Shown here: positions 1 to 10,581 of the stretch, in pieces | How positions within the stretch are numbered: the first letter of the stretch is position 1 | How the letters are laid out: each line of letters starts with the position of its first letter | DNA from: Terriglobia bacterium | GTDB lineage: Bacteria > Acidobacteriota > Terriglobia > 20CM-2-55-15 | Direction of reading: 5' to 3' | Assembly: GCA_965218585.1 (NCBI GenBank) | Contig: CBDCLE010000012.1 | Coordinates: forward strand, 154,138-218,137 | Length of the DNA: 64,000 nt | The notes under the pieces: generated by a model | The model's database searches: none | The model's input: the letters and a program-made list of their open reading frames with translations, nothing else | Told to the model about the DNA's origin: nothing | Made by a program: the position numbers and the translations under genes

Positions 1-650
1 ACGTACGCATCCAGCTCTCTGGGATGAAATCCTGTTGCTGTGCTCTTGAAGAAAAACAGATCTCCCCGTAGCTCGCCTGTTCTTAAGAGGTCATGTTGAT
101 ATCCTTGAACGCACTTCCAGTTTGATCTTGCCGAATAGGAAGGCAGCAGCGTGTTTTGAATCTCTTCCAGGTCTTCCATTACGTCATTTGAGACGAATTG
201 AACGTCGGGGTGATTGCGCGACAGCCATTCGGAAATGTTGTCAAGCCCGCAACCGACATTTACGACGGTTCTGATTTCCGACGCATGTTCTTTCAGAAAT
301 CGATCCAGGTAGATCGTCGCGGCGAGATAACCGTCTGACCGGCCAAGATCGCCACCGTGAACCTCTTCGTCTGATAGAATCCGAGCGCGAGGCATATGAG
401 CGGATTCCAGGAATCGTTCGAGACGCGGGGCCGCTAGTTGCTTCAGTTGGGCTTCATCCGGGGCGCCCGGACTGTTTCTGGACGCCGCCTTCCGTACGTA
501 TGCCTCATAAACCCTGAGCGACCTACTTGCAAAAGATATGATCCTGCCAGTGAGCAGTTGAAATCGCAGCAGAAATCCTCGCCTTATGTTTAGCTTCAAA
601 TAGTCTCGGATCGGGATGTGCAATCGAGTTTTTCGATGCCGTGAAGCCAT
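1..650 (-). CDS. Class I SAM-dependent methyltransferase-like protein, runs off the left edge (not in ORF track)
   Basis: Manual translation from ATG at 650 (AAGGA upstream) stays open to base 1; contains motif-I-like IRTVVNVGCGLD followed by VQFVSND. Confidence 0.6.
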   Translation of the reverse strand, partial: MASRHRKTRLHIPIRDYLKLNIRRGFLLRFQLLTGRIISFASRSLRVYEAYVRKAASRNSPGAPDEAQLKQLAAPRLERFLESAHMPRARILSDEEVHGGDLGRSDGYLAATIYLDRFLKEHASEIRTVVNVGCGLDNISEWLSRNHPDVQFVSNDVMEDLEEIQNTLLPSYSARSNWKCVQGYQHDLLRTGELRGDLFFFKSTATGFHPRELDAY

Positions 651-719
651 TGAGTGTGAATCCTTATGAATATTTGGAAGCTTTCGGTGAGTTGTTTCGT
701 GTACTCGGTTTTCGAAATT

Positions 720-1700
720 CTAAATCCATTGAGGGTTGAGGAGGATGTTTTGGATTGGAGCGAAAGATCTTGGGGGAATTCTCGGAGTTCGCTCCAGGAA
801 TCCCTGAATCGTTTCAAACATTCTCTTCGTTGTGCAGGGCAAGGCCTTTGAGCGGAAGCGCGCAGCCATGTAGCTGTGCAACGCTTGATCAACCAGTTCT
901 CTCGCTGAATCGCGATCGATGCCCAGCGAGGTTAGAACCGCTTCCGATTCTTCAACAAACGTCTTATGCCCATCTTTCCACCGTGGCATTCTGAGCCAGT
1001 CCGCCGCAGTTGGGAGACCGTAGTCCCCAGGTCGAGGGACCTGGCGCGCAATGAAGAAAGTGTCTAGCTTCTTGCACCTTCCTCGAGCGACTGAGGACCC
1101 GTTGACGAGAAGTTCCATGAAGTTTATGTCGGGACACTTTTCAACTGGTAAGAGGTCTTCGATGAACTCACTACGTCGGCGCAGTGCCAGGTACGGCAGA
1201 AAAAGACCAGGACCAAAGTAGTGGGTGAATCGACCCCCTGGATCGTCACCTTCATTGCTCCCCATCCTGTAAAAATCACTTGTTAGGGCAGTTATGCGCT
1301 GCGGATGATCGGGCTTGAAGGTCATGCCCCAACCGCACGCGATTCTGTACTCGGGGTGATGGTCCAAGAAACGGGCACATTCATATAGCCCGTTGGGGAT
1401 GACGAAATTGTCGTCCTCGACGAAGACTGCCAAATCCTCAGACCCGGCTCTCAGAATATCGAGAAGCGACTCGTGGAGAGTTCGATGTGGAGTCTGAATA
1501 TATCGGATCGTGATGTCGGAATCCCATCGCTCAATGACCTTTTGGTTTTGGTCGATCGTTGTCGCTTCGGTAGAGGCGTCTCCGACCGTAATGGGGCTCG
1601 CAAGGTGTTGCCCGGCATAGTAACGGAGCAGGCGATTGAGAAAGAACGGGCGATCAAGTGTGGGGACGTATATTCCGACTTTCTCTAGCTCAACGTCCAT
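720..1700 (-). CDS. Glycosyltransferase, GT2-like (TIGR00180-type)
   Basis: IYVPTLDRPFFLNRLLRYY N-terminus and VFVEDDNF acidic motif; start placed at MDVELEK. Confidence 0.7.
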   Translation of the reverse strand: MDVELEKVGIYVPTLDRPFFLNRLLRYYAGQHLASPITVGDASTEATTIDQNQKVIERWDSDITIRYIQTPHRTLHESLLDILRAGSEDLAVFVEDDNFVIPNGLYECARFLDHHPEYRIACGWGMTFKPDHPQRITALTSDFYRMGSNEGDDPGGRFTHYFGPGLFLPYLALRRRSEFIEDLLPVEKCPDINFMELLVNGSSVARGRCKKLDTFFIARQVPRPGDYGLPTAADWLRMPRWKDGHKTFVEESEAVLTSLGIDRDSARELVDQALHSYMAARFRSKALPCTTKRMFETIQGFLERTPRIPPRSFAPIQNILLNPQWI

Positions 1701-2146
1701 TTCTTTTCGTATTCCTTCTTCCAGCCCAGCTCCGGAGAAGGGCCCTCTTGATTCGAATCCCACACCTTGTGTCGAAGTTCCCAGCGATCGTTGGTTCTCG
1801 TCCAGAGGTGAGGGGATCTGAACGAATCGGCCAAGGTCTCGAAGTAATCGCGGGTGACCATAGGTTGTTCGAAGAAGTCAGAGATATGGCCGAAAGTTCG
1901 GATCGGTAAGCTGAGATACTCAAATAGTTCGTCGATAAAGCGTTCAGGGAATTCCCCGTCGTAGCGCCTGACAAGGGCCACTGCTTCTTCGCGCGTAAGA
2001 TCACCTGAACGAATCTCCTGAGCTGCGTCATATGTTGCTCGCCCGATTCCAAACTTTACGTGTGTTGTGTAGAAGTTCAAGTCGTCGATCTTGTCGTCGA
2101 TGCTGGCGTACTTACTAAACGTTCCCGGATTTCTTTCTGGGCAGGG
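1685..2146 (-). pseudogene. 3' fragment of an N-acetyl sugar amidotransferase (WbuX/PseA-like)
   Basis: PERNPGTFSKYASIDDKIDDLNFYTTHVKFGIGRATYDAAQEIRSGDLTREEAVALVRRYDGEFP is the family C-terminus; in-frame stop just upstream, N-terminal part missing. Confidence 0.75.
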
Positions 2147-2148
2147 AC

Positions 2149-2325
2149 GATGTCACGATCGAGCCTGTCGGATCAGATCAGTTCCCGCTTCCGGCACCGA
2201 GAGGGAGGTCGGAAGCACTCCGAAACCTGAAGCTCGAATCGACAGGTTTCTACAAGATGCGGCCCTGGCAGGAGGTGGTCGAAGAGTACCTGGTCCAGGA
2301 AGTGATGCCTGTCTTGTCTGACTAA
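2149..2325 (+). pseudogene. 3' fragment of dTDP-4-dehydrorhamnose reductase-like SDR (RfbD/RmlD)
   Basis: Manual translation DVTIEPVGSDQFPLPAPRGRSEALRNLKLESTGFYKMRPWQEVVEEYL...*; no start or N-terminal domain. Confidence 0.65.
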
Positions 2326-2395
2326 GAACCGACGAGAAAGTGATCAATGAGCAATTGCAAGTAGGATCGCTATCAACCATTGATCACCTGCCACT

Positions 2396-3357
2396 GTGAA
2401 AGAACAGGATATCCGTCCCCAGGCCCTGTTCAACCGCTACCTCGAGCTTGCGGCAGGAGATGTCGAACGTTTCTTTTCGAAGACGGCCGACTTTGTCGAG
2501 GTTAACTGTCCTGCCTGTGCCGGCACCTCGTCCCATCTGGCCTTCGAGAAGCTCTCGTTCGGATACCGGCTATGCGAGGACTGCGCGTCACTCTTCGTGT
2601 CTCCCCGGCCCACCCCTTCGATGATCAATACGTACTACCGGGATGGCGCGTCCGTACATTTCTGGGCCACGGACTTCTTCAAGCAGACGGCCGATGCCCG
2701 CCGTGTGCGCATCTTCCGTCCACGGGCGTTGTTCGTCGAGGAATGGTCGCGTAAGATAAATCCTAACGGCAAGCGATTTGCCGACATCGGATCCGGCTAT
2801 GGCATTTTTCTCGACGAAACCCAGGCGCTCAATATCTTCGATGACGTGATCGGTATCGAGCCTTCGCCGCCATTGGCTGCAGTCTGCCGCGAGCGTGGTT
2901 TCACAATCGTCGAGGACACGATCGAACAATGCCATCTAGATGGACCATCACCATCGGTCATGACCAGCTTCGAGTTTTTGGAGCATGCGTTTGATCCGTC
3001 CGAATTTCTTGGAGCGGTCCGAAAGCTTCTGGCGCCGGGTGGTCTGTTGATTTTTACGACACTCACCGTCAGTGGGTTTGACATTCAGGTCTTGTGGGAA
3101 CATTCTAAGAGCGCGCATCCGCCCCAGCATCTGAACTTGCTGTCGTCGAGGGTGTTCGGCCGCTGATCTCCCGGTGTGGTTTCCATCTGCACAATCTGGA
3201 AACGCCGGGCGAACTGGACGTCGACATCGTCCGCAATACACTCGCCGAGGACCCCGAGATTTCCCAAAACGATGACGCCTCAGTGAGGAATGCATTTCAG
3301 GAGTTCCTCAAGGCCAATCGTTTGAGTTCCCACCTGAGAGCCGTCGCTTCGAAGTAA
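2396..3357 (+). CDS. Class I SAM-dependent methyltransferase with N-terminal Zn-binding CxxC pairs; 1-bp frameshift at ~3144
   Basis: CPAC/CEDC, FADIGSGYG, FEFLEH; frame continues VEGVRPLISRCGF...ETPGELDVDIV...SSHLRAVASK* to a TAA overlapping the next ATG (TAATG 3355-3359). Confidence 0.75.
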
Positions 3358-3875
3358 TGTCGTCCACCAGCCCCGAAATCACAGTCCTGATGACCGTTTA
3401 CAACGGCGTTGCCTTTCTAGCCGAAGCCGTCGAGAGCGTTCTCAACCAGACGTTCACCGACTTTGAGTTCCTCATCGTTGACGACGCCAGCACCGATAAT
3501 TCCGTCGAGTTGATACGATCTTATGAGGATTCGAGAATACGCCTTGTCCTGAACAGTGAAAACATGGGACAGGCAGCGTCTTTGAACGTGGGATTGGAAC
3601 TGGCGCCCGAACAGCTCGACCTGTCTGATGCCGAAGCGGCATCCCTCGCCCGCAGGGTTCATCGTCGTCTTGGCCCCGGCGTTGCAGTGGTCATGCACCT
3701 CCGGACCCTGCCCTCGGCTGTTCTGTTTCCCCTTCTGGTCGGGCTATCTCCCATGCTGGTCTCGCCCCTGAGGAAATTGGCCACGCTCCTCAATCAGAAG
3801 CTGCCCGAACTGCGTTATCCAGGACGTTTTGTTCAGTCCAGGGCAGAGCGTCTGATCGGCCAGCGCCCACAGTGA
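3357..3875 (+). pseudogene. GT2 glycosyltransferase with large in-frame internal deletion
   Basis: Canonical GT2 N-terminus (VLMTVYNG, IVDDASTD, SLNVGLELA) jumps at ~3605 into a non-GT-core tail; DxD motif region absent. Confidence 0.65.
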
Positions 3876-3879
3876 GACA

Positions 3880-5004
3880 TTGACGGTCCCCGCGGCGCCC
3901 CTGCCTTCGCTCCGTAGCATCCTTCGGGCAATCCGGACACCTTTCGATTTCAGAAATTCCCTCTGGGCAGATGATCCGCGCCGTTTGTATCTGTTTGGCA
4001 GCGGCCGCACGGCCCTGGCAGGAGGCATCGAGGGCTATCGCCGCGTGCGCGGAGGAGACAGCGTTCGGATCTGGTGGCCCGGTTACATCTGTGTCGAAGC
4101 CCTGGCCGGGTTCAGCGACGTCCCAGTAAGCTTCGAGTTTTATCGGCTGCGTCCCGACCTCACGCCGGACTGGGAGAGGCTGGGTCCGGTACCATCTGCC
4201 GAACACGGCGAATTACAGGTTCTCGTCCTGGTGCACTATTTCGGATTTCCGAGCGACACCACAGGTGCCCGTCGATTTGCCGACGAGCACCGAATGCTAC
4301 TGGTTGAAGACGCGGCTCACCTGCTTGGTATGACGCCTGGGATTGGTTCCGGAGACATGTTGGTTTTTAGTCCCTGGAAATTGTTGCCCGTACCATCGGG
4401 AGGGGTCCTCGTCACCGACGCGGAGGTGGCAGAAGATCTGGAAACATCCGGAAGGGGCGATGCGGCCGGTTTACTGGGTTGGATGGTGGTGAGGTTCCTG
4501 CAGCGAGCCCTGAGACGTCTCGGCATCTCCTGGCATGGTTTTTTGGGATTCACCGCTTTGCGCCACAGTCTGCAGTCAAACATCACACCTAACGTCTCCA
4601 ATCGTATGGGCCGTTTCGTCGCCCACCTGCTTCAGGTCGAATCGCAGGAAGCCGAACGCGTGCGAGAAAACCGCCGTCGCAACTACCGGGCTTTGATTGA
4701 AGAAATTAAGAAGATAAAGGGCGTTCGACCGCTGTTTCCGGACCTACCGGATGGTGTGTGTCCATATGTGTTCCCTATCGTCCTTGAGACACCGAGCGTT
4801 CCCGTGGCTTCCAGATTGGAATTGGCCGGGATTCCCGGGTTCGTGTGGCCGGAGTTGCCAGAAGCGATCGCCGTCAACTCCGACCTCAATCGCGAAGTTC
4901 AGGACCTGCGTGACCACATTCTGCTTCTGCCTGTGCACCAGGATCTTGATGATGCGGATATCAAGGACATCGTCCTGAATGTCAGAAGCGCTGTGATGGG
5001 CTGA
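3880..5004 (+). CDS. DegT/DnrJ/EryC1/StrS-like PLP-dependent protein
   Basis: VHYFGFP, VEDAAH, FSPWKLLPVPSGG (PLP lysine), LLLPVHQDL. Confidence 0.75.
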   Translation: MTVPAAPLPSLRSILRAIRTPFDFRNSLWADDPRRLYLFGSGRTALAGGIEGYRRVRGGDSVRIWWPGYICVEALAGFSDVPVSFEFYRLRPDLTPDWERLGPVPSAEHGELQVLVLVHYFGFPSDTTGARRFADEHRMLLVEDAAHLLGMTPGIGSGDMLVFSPWKLLPVPSGGVLVTDAEVAEDLETSGRGDAAGLLGWMVVRFLQRALRRLGISWHGFLGFTALRHSLQSNITPNVSNRMGRFVAHLLQVESQEAERVRENRRRNYRALIEEIKKIKGVRPLFPDLPDGVCPYVFPIVLETPSVPVASRLELAGIPGFVWPELPEAIAVNSDLNREVQDLRDHILLLPVHQDLDDADIKDIVLNVRSAVMG

Positions 5005-5093
5005 GGTCATTGGGTACCCGACCGTGAGATTGAGCGCAACTCCCGAAGCCGCCCCTTATAGATACCTCGAGATCGATTGACCCTTTTCGCGCC

Positions 5094-5987
5094 ATGGCAA
5101 CGCTGAAGTATCCCTGGTGGCTGTCGCTCTGGTACCGAATGGGACCTGTTCTCGGTCCGATCCACCGACTCAGAAAACGATTTTCCCCAGCCCCGACTCT
5201 TTCTCCATTCCAGGTGGTTCTCTTTCACGACATTCCTCAGTTCCGGCGACCAGCATTTGAGAGGTTTGTCGATTATCTTGCGGAAAACTACACGATCGTG
5301 GCACCAGAGGACGTAACCTCTTTGCTTGCAGACGCGCCTTCAATATCTCAACAAGACCACACGCCGGTCTTGCTGACCTTTGACGACGGCTTTGAGAGTC
5401 AGGCAGTCGCTGCCCGCGAGGTTCTCGACACCAGGGGTATTCGAGGTGTTTTCTTTGTTTGTCCGGCGATGATGGAGCTCCCCCCGGACCAGCAGCGACA
5501 GGAAATCGCTGAACGAATGTTCGAAGATCGAGTCGCGGCGGAAGATCTGCCGAAAGACATGCGATTGATGCAGTGGGATTCGGCGAAGGCACTGATCGAT
5601 GCCGGTCACACGATCGGTTCGCATACCGGCCGACACGGTCGGCTGGCAACCCTCGCTCCTGGGGATCGTGACTTGGAAATCGCAGGTTCGAAGGATCTGT
5701 TGGAATCGCGATTGGGAACGAAGATGAACTGGTTTGCATATCCCTTCGGAGACGTGGATTCCATTGACGGAGATTCCATGGACTTGATCGGGCAGCACTA
5801 CCGTTTTTGTTGTAGTGGCTTAGCGGGTTTCAATAGCCGGATGACTCACCGCTTGGGTATTCGCCGACAGAATATCGATCTGGATTTGCCATTCGCCTAC
5901 CAGACCTTCGTGATGGACGGCGGAATGGACCGAGCCTATGCTCGCGCCGCCCGCCGCTATGAATCCCTTCTTCCAGCTTCGAAATGA
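5094..5987 (+). CDS. Polysaccharide deacetylase (CE4/NodB homology)
   Basis: LLTFDDGF, IGSHTGRH, FAYPFG motifs. Confidence 0.85.
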   Translation: MATLKYPWWLSLWYRMGPVLGPIHRLRKRFSPAPTLSPFQVVLFHDIPQFRRPAFERFVDYLAENYTIVAPEDVTSLLADAPSISQQDHTPVLLTFDDGFESQAVAAREVLDTRGIRGVFFVCPAMMELPPDQQRQEIAERMFEDRVAAEDLPKDMRLMQWDSAKALIDAGHTIGSHTGRHGRLATLAPGDRDLEIAGSKDLLESRLGTKMNWFAYPFGDVDSIDGDSMDLIGQHYRFCCSGLAGFNSRMTHRLGIRRQNIDLDLPFAYQTFVMDGGMDRAYARAARRYESLLPASK

Positions 5988-6098
5988 GCAATGGTCAATG
6001 CGTAACACGAGCGCAACGCGTAAGACCAGATAGTTGTGAGGCTAACGGTGTTCCTAGTATTCTGTTTGATGAATTTACCGATTGGATTCGGTTTTTGA

Positions 6099-7127
6099 AT
6101 GAAAGAAGACGTACAGCCTGAAACGTCCGGTCCAGGATCGTCTCCGCAGGGGGAAGCGGACACGATTCTGGAAGAGATCCGCCAGGTTCTAGCCATAGAA
6201 ATCGAAGGCCTCAAACAGGTCTACGAGAGAGCGGATTCAGGATTCGTCGGAGCCGTGCAGGCCATCCGCGATTGTTCCGGCAAGGTCGTACTGACCGGTG
6301 TCGGAAAGTCCGGTAACGTTGCGGCCAAGATCGCCTCCACGCTGACCAGTACGGGGACCCCCGCTGTTTTCCTGCACCCCGCCGAAGCGCTCCATGGAGA
6401 CGTCGGCATCGTCCAGGGAGGTGACGTCGTCATAGCCGTGGGGAAAAGCGGTGAAAGTGCAGAATTGAACGCCCTGATTGGAGTGTTCAAGCGCATCGGA
6501 GTCGTTTTGATCGGTCTGACCGGTACGGCCGACTCCACCTTGGGTCGGGCCAGCGACATCATCGTCAACGTGGACGTTGCCCGCGAGGCGTGTCCCCTGA
6601 ATCTCGCGCCGACCGCCAGTTCGACAGCAGCTCTGGCGGCAGGCGATGCCATCGCCGTGGCATTGATGAAACTCAAAGATTTTTCAGCCGATGAGTACGC
6701 TCTGCATCACCCCGGCGGGCAATTGGGCCGGCGACTGACGCTGACAGTTTCCGACGTGATGCGTAGCGGCGAGTACAACCCCATCGTGTTTGAAGACGAC
6801 TCGATCAAGACCATGCTGATCCGCATTGCCCAAGGTCAGGCCGGTGCCGTGTCCGTCGTCGATGGAGACCAGCGGCTCAGTGGAATCGTGACTGATTTCG
6901 ATATCCGCCACGTTCTGGAATCGCAACGCAACATTTTCGACCAATCAATCACCGACGTGATGAATCCCGACCCGTTGTCCATCAGAGACACAACGAAAGC
7001 CGTAGAAGCATTGAACGTTATGTACTCGAGCCGCGAGAAACGCCTCGCCGTCCTCCCGGTCGTAGACGATGGCAACCGCGTCGTCGGCATGCTTCAACTG
7101 TCGGATCTCATCGCTGCCGGCATCTGA
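6099..7127 (+). CDS. kdsD: KpsF/GutQ family arabinose-5-phosphate isomerase (SIS + 2 CBS)
   Basis: TGVGKSG, HPAEALHGD, EACPLNLAPTAS, HPGGQLG, CBS pair. Confidence 0.9.
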   Translation: MKEDVQPETSGPGSSPQGEADTILEEIRQVLAIEIEGLKQVYERADSGFVGAVQAIRDCSGKVVLTGVGKSGNVAAKIASTLTSTGTPAVFLHPAEALHGDVGIVQGGDVVIAVGKSGESAELNALIGVFKRIGVVLIGLTGTADSTLGRASDIIVNVDVAREACPLNLAPTASSTAALAAGDAIAVALMKLKDFSADEYALHHPGGQLGRRLTLTVSDVMRSGEYNPIVFEDDSIKTMLIRIAQGQAGAVSVVDGDQRLSGIVTDFDIRHVLESQRNIFDQSITDVMNPDPLSIRDTTKAVEALNVMYSSREKRLAVLPVVDDGNRVVGMLQLSDLIAAGI

Positions 7128-7173
7128 CGTAAGGACACTTAACGTTTCTTTTGTTCTTCTGTAGGTGCGATCT

Positions 7174-8226
7174 ATGACCGCACTCCGCTCCCTCATGTTC
7201 CAACTCATCCAAAAACCTTTCACCGCATCCGAATGGACAGCACTCACCTCCCAATTCGACGATCTGAGTCTGATGCAGACCTGGGAGTATGGAGAAGCAC
7301 TGGCAAGTACCGGTCCATGGAAGATTGATCGCGCGGTTTTCGAAGACGACGGTGTTCCCATCGGAGCGATTCAAGCTGTCATTCGAAGGGTGCCCCTAGT
7401 TCGAGCCGGTTTCGCCTGGGTCAATCGTGGCCCTCTATGTCGTAAGTCTGACGCTGCAGGTCCGGAACAATTAGGGCCGATGATGAGTGAGGCGCGAAGT
7501 CTGTGGGCCGAACGGCAACATCTGTACCTGAGGATCGCTCCCCCGGTCTCGAAACCGGAGTGGGATTCCATCGCTTCGAACGACCCGGGTTACAGTCCCT
7601 CGAGGGAGGGCAATGGATGGGTCTCTTCCCGCCTGGACTTGACGGTGGATCTCGGCCTCATTCGCCAGCGCCTCGACAAACGTTGGCGCAACAGCCTGTC
7701 GAACGCCGAACGGCGTGAAGTGACCGTGCGCCGCGACTCCAACGAGAGCTTCAAACAGTTCTTACGGTTGCAGCGCGGAGAGTTTGCTCTGCATTCCTAT
7801 CCGACGACGGTCACGCCGAAGTTTCTTGTCGCGCTCCAGAGCTTCCTTCCCACCGAACGTAGACTCCTGGCGTTTGTCGCAACGTCCGGTGAATCCCTGC
7901 TCGGTGCCGTACTAATAGCTCGTTACGGCAGCATCGGGGAATTTCTGGCCGGTGTCATCGAAGGGGCGGGGCGCACCGCTAACGTGGGGCAGCTGCTGAT
8001 CTGGCAGGCGATCCAGCATCTCAAGGAATCCGGATATCGATGGTTTGATTTGGGTGGCATGGATCCGGACCATACCGAGCCGGGTATCATCAATTTCAAG
8101 GCGGGCCTCAGCGGACAGCCGTACGAATACGTTGGAGAGTTCGACGCGATCGGTTCCGGTTGGGCCAACCGGATTGTTCGATGGCGGGTGCGGCGGGTGC
8201 GACGGGTGCGACGGCGTGTGGCATGA
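7174..8226 (+). CDS. FemAB/FemX-like GNAT-fold peptidyl/aminoacyl transferase
   Basis: LMQTWEYGE, WVNRGP, RLDKRWRNSL, YRWFDLGG, GIINFKAGL; exact start uncertain. Confidence 0.75.
   Translation: MTALRSLMFQLIQKPFTASEWTALTSQFDDLSLMQTWEYGEALASTGPWKIDRAVFEDDGVPIGAIQAVIRRVPLVRAGFAWVNRGPLCRKSDAAGPEQLGPMMSEARSLWAERQHLYLRIAPPVSKPEWDSIASNDPGYSPSREGNGWVSSRLDLTVDLGLIRQRLDKRWRNSLSNAERREVTVRRDSNESFKQFLRLQRGEFALHSYPTTVTPKFLVALQSFLPTERRLLAFVATSGESLLGAVLIARYGSIGEFLAGVIEGAGRTANVGQLLIWQAIQHLKESGYRWFDLGGMDPDHTEPGIINFKAGLSGQPYEYVGEFDAIGSGWANRIVRWRVRRVRRVRRRVA
8185..8211 (+). repeat. 9-bp tandem repeat x3 (CGGGTGCGR) encoding an RVR tail
   Basis: cgggtgcgg cgggtgcga cgggtgcga read directly. Confidence 0.8.
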
Positions 8227-8615
8227 CTTGAAACAGCGTTGCACCTGTTCCGCTGATGACGTGATGATACCGGAAAAGTATTCCGAGATGCTTTCTCATT
8301 TGCTGCGAGCCTGCTTGTCTTCAACAATAACGGCTCTCTGGCATACCCTCGCTCTATCTGTTTGCCAGACCCACGGCATCAAGATTTTGGGTTTTGGTGA
8401 GAGAGCCTGGACAGCATCCGATCGATTCCCTCCTCAAACTCCTTGTTCTCAAGAAACCGCCTAAGAAATTCAGCCCACGATTTCTTCGTCCGGCAAACAG
8501 CTGATAGATCTAAGCTAGGTATCGCAGGTTTTGATCGCCACCAGCGGCAACTTGGTTTCGAAAGTCCAATGCGATGCTGTCTTGGCAAGAGTCTCCGCTC
8601 TTGCCCGCTATGATA

Positions 8616-9575
8616 TCAGCCTGCTGACGCTGTTCGGGACCTCATCCAGTTGATCGTTTGCTCCAGACCGTCTTCGAGCGAAGTTCTGGATTTGAACCCA
8701 AAAAAGTTCTCCGCCCTAGTCACGTCCAATTGGCGCGATGGTTGCCCATCCGGGCGCCCCGTGTCCCATCGAATGCGGCCCGTATATCCAGTGAGTTGGG
8801 CGATTAACCCCATGAGAGCCCCGATACGTATCGAGTCGCCCGATCCGAGGTTGACCGGTTCGATTCCGTCATAACGTTCCGCTGCCAGGACGATACCTTC
8901 GGCAGCATCATCCACATATAGGAATTCCCGGGTGGCTTCCCCAGTACCCCAGGCGACGATTTCTGATTTTCGATCACGTACCGCTTCCAGACACTTTCGG
9001 ATCAGCGCGGGGATCACGTGGGACGTGTCCAGGTCGTCGTTGTCGTTCGGGCCGTAAAGGTTGACTGGCAACAGGTAGATACAATTGAACCCGTATTGCT
9101 CTCGGTACGCTTGCCCTTGGACGAGAAGCATTTTCTTGGCTAAGCCGTACGGTGCATTGGTTTCTTCTGGATAACCGTCCCATAAGTTTTCTTCCTTAAA
9201 GGGCGCGGGAGTGTGCTTCGGGTACGCGCAGACCGTACCGATCGCGACAAACTTGTCCACACCAACCTGTCGTGCAGCCTCCATCAACTGGATGCCCATC
9301 ATTGCGTTCTCGAAGAAATAAGAGCCAGGATTGGCTTGGTTGGCGCCGATGCCGCCTACGATAGCAGCAAGGTGGATAACCAAGTCGGGTTTCATCTCAA
9401 GGTACGCCCGTTCGACATCCGTTGCTTTTACGAAGTCGTACTCGGAGTGGGAAGGTACTAGGATATTTCTGCAACCCTTCGTCTGGAGCTTGGCGACAAC
9501 CCGTGAGCCCAAGAACCCACGACCACCGGTGACCATAACTCTCCTGTCAGCCCAGAACTCAGTTCTAGTGAGCAC
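8616..9575 (-). CDS. fcl: GDP-L-fucose synthase
   Basis: [41 protein letters not shown]. Confidence 0.95.
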   Translation of the reverse strand: MLTRTEFWADRRVMVTGGRGFLGSRVVAKLQTKGCRNILVPSHSEYDFVKATDVERAYLEMKPDLVIHLAAIVGGIGANQANPGSYFFENAMMGIQLMEAARQVGVDKFVAIGTVCAYPKHTPAPFKEENLWDGYPEETNAPYGLAKKMLLVQGQAYREQYGFNCIYLLPVNLYGPNDNDDLDTSHVIPALIRKCLEAVRDRKSEIVAWGTGEATREFLYVDDAAEGIVLAAERYDGIEPVNLGSGDSIRIGALMGLIAQLTGYTGRIRWDTGRPDGQPSRQLDVTRAENFFGFKSRTSLEDGLEQTINWMRSRTASAG

Positions 9576-10581
9576 CAGATCGGCTACCCTCCAGCTTGAG
9601 TCGTTCCGCGGCTATGTCTGCGTCGACCATCATGTGTACCAATTCCTCGAACCCGACCCGGGGCTGCCAGCCGAGGTTTCTTCGCGCTTTCGAAGCGTCG
9701 CCGATCAAAACGTCGACTTCAGTGGGACGGAAGTATTCTGAATCGATCTCGATGTGCCGGGCCCAGTCCAGTCCTGCGTGGAGGAAAGCGACTTCTAGGA
9801 AGTCCCGAACCGAATGCGTTTCGCCAGTGGCGACAACGTAATCCTCTGGTGTGTCCCGCTGCAGCATCATCCACATCGCTTCGACATAGTCGCCCGCGAA
9901 TCCCCAGTCCCGCTGAGCGTCCAGATTTCCCAGATACAGCTTGTCCTGAATTCCCAACTTGATTCGTGCTGCTGCCAGAGAAATCTTGCGCGACACGAAC
10001 GTCTCACCGCGCCGGGGGGACTCGTGATTGAACAGAATGCCGTTGACGGCGAACATATTGTAGGCTTCGCGGTAGTTGACTGTCATCCAGTAGGCGTAGA
10101 CCTTCGCTGCGGCGTATGGGCTGCGGGGCTTCAAGGGTGTGTTTTCGTCTTGAGGCCTTTTCGTGGCGTTGCCGAACATTTCGCTGCTCGATGCCTGATA
10201 GTAACGAGTGTTCACGCCACATTCTCGAATCCCTTCGAGCAGCCGGACTGCGGCGAGACCCGCACTCTCTCCCGTGTATTCGGGAATGTCGAAACTCACT
10301 CGAACGTGGCTCTGAGCGCCAAGATTATAGATTTCATTCGGTTCCAGCGAGCGGATCAGTTTGTTCAGCGAGCTGCCGTCATTCAGATCGGCAAAGTGGA
10401 GGCGGAGGCTTGCGTCCTTGACATGACGGTCCTGATAAATGTGGTCGATTCGTTGCGTGTTGAAAGAACTGGACCGCCGCATCAGGCCGTGGACCTCATA
10501 GCCTTTGGAAAGGAGAAGTTCTGCCAGATACGACCCATCCTGTCCCGTTATTCCGGTGATGAGAGCTTTCTTGGTTTGCAT
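9565..10581 (-). CDS. gmd: GDP-mannose 4,6-dehydratase
   Basis: [53 protein letters not shown]. Confidence 0.97.
   Translation of the reverse strand: MQTKKALITGITGQDGSYLAELLLSKGYEVHGLMRRSSSFNTQRIDHIYQDRHVKDASLRLHFADLNDGSSLNKLIRSLEPNEIYNLGAQSHVRVSFDIPEYTGESAGLAAVRLLEGIRECGVNTRYYQASSSEMFGNATKRPQDENTPLKPRSPYAAAKVYAYWMTVNYREAYNMFAVNGILFNHESPRRGETFVSRKISLAAARIKLGIQDKLYLGNLDAQRDWGFAGDYVEAMWMMLQRDTPEDYVVATGETHSVRDFLEVAFLHAGLDWARHIEIDSEYFRPTEVDVLIGDASKARRNLGWQPRVGFEELVHMMVDADIAAERLKLEGSRSGAH

Noticed and set aside
440-480. Apparent frameshift in the leftmost methyltransferase-like gene
   Set aside because: Recounting the G run at 460-463 shows the frame is continuous
8230-8610. Possible gene remnant between the FemX-like gene and fcl
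   Set aside because: The frames I read gave no recognisable protein similarity
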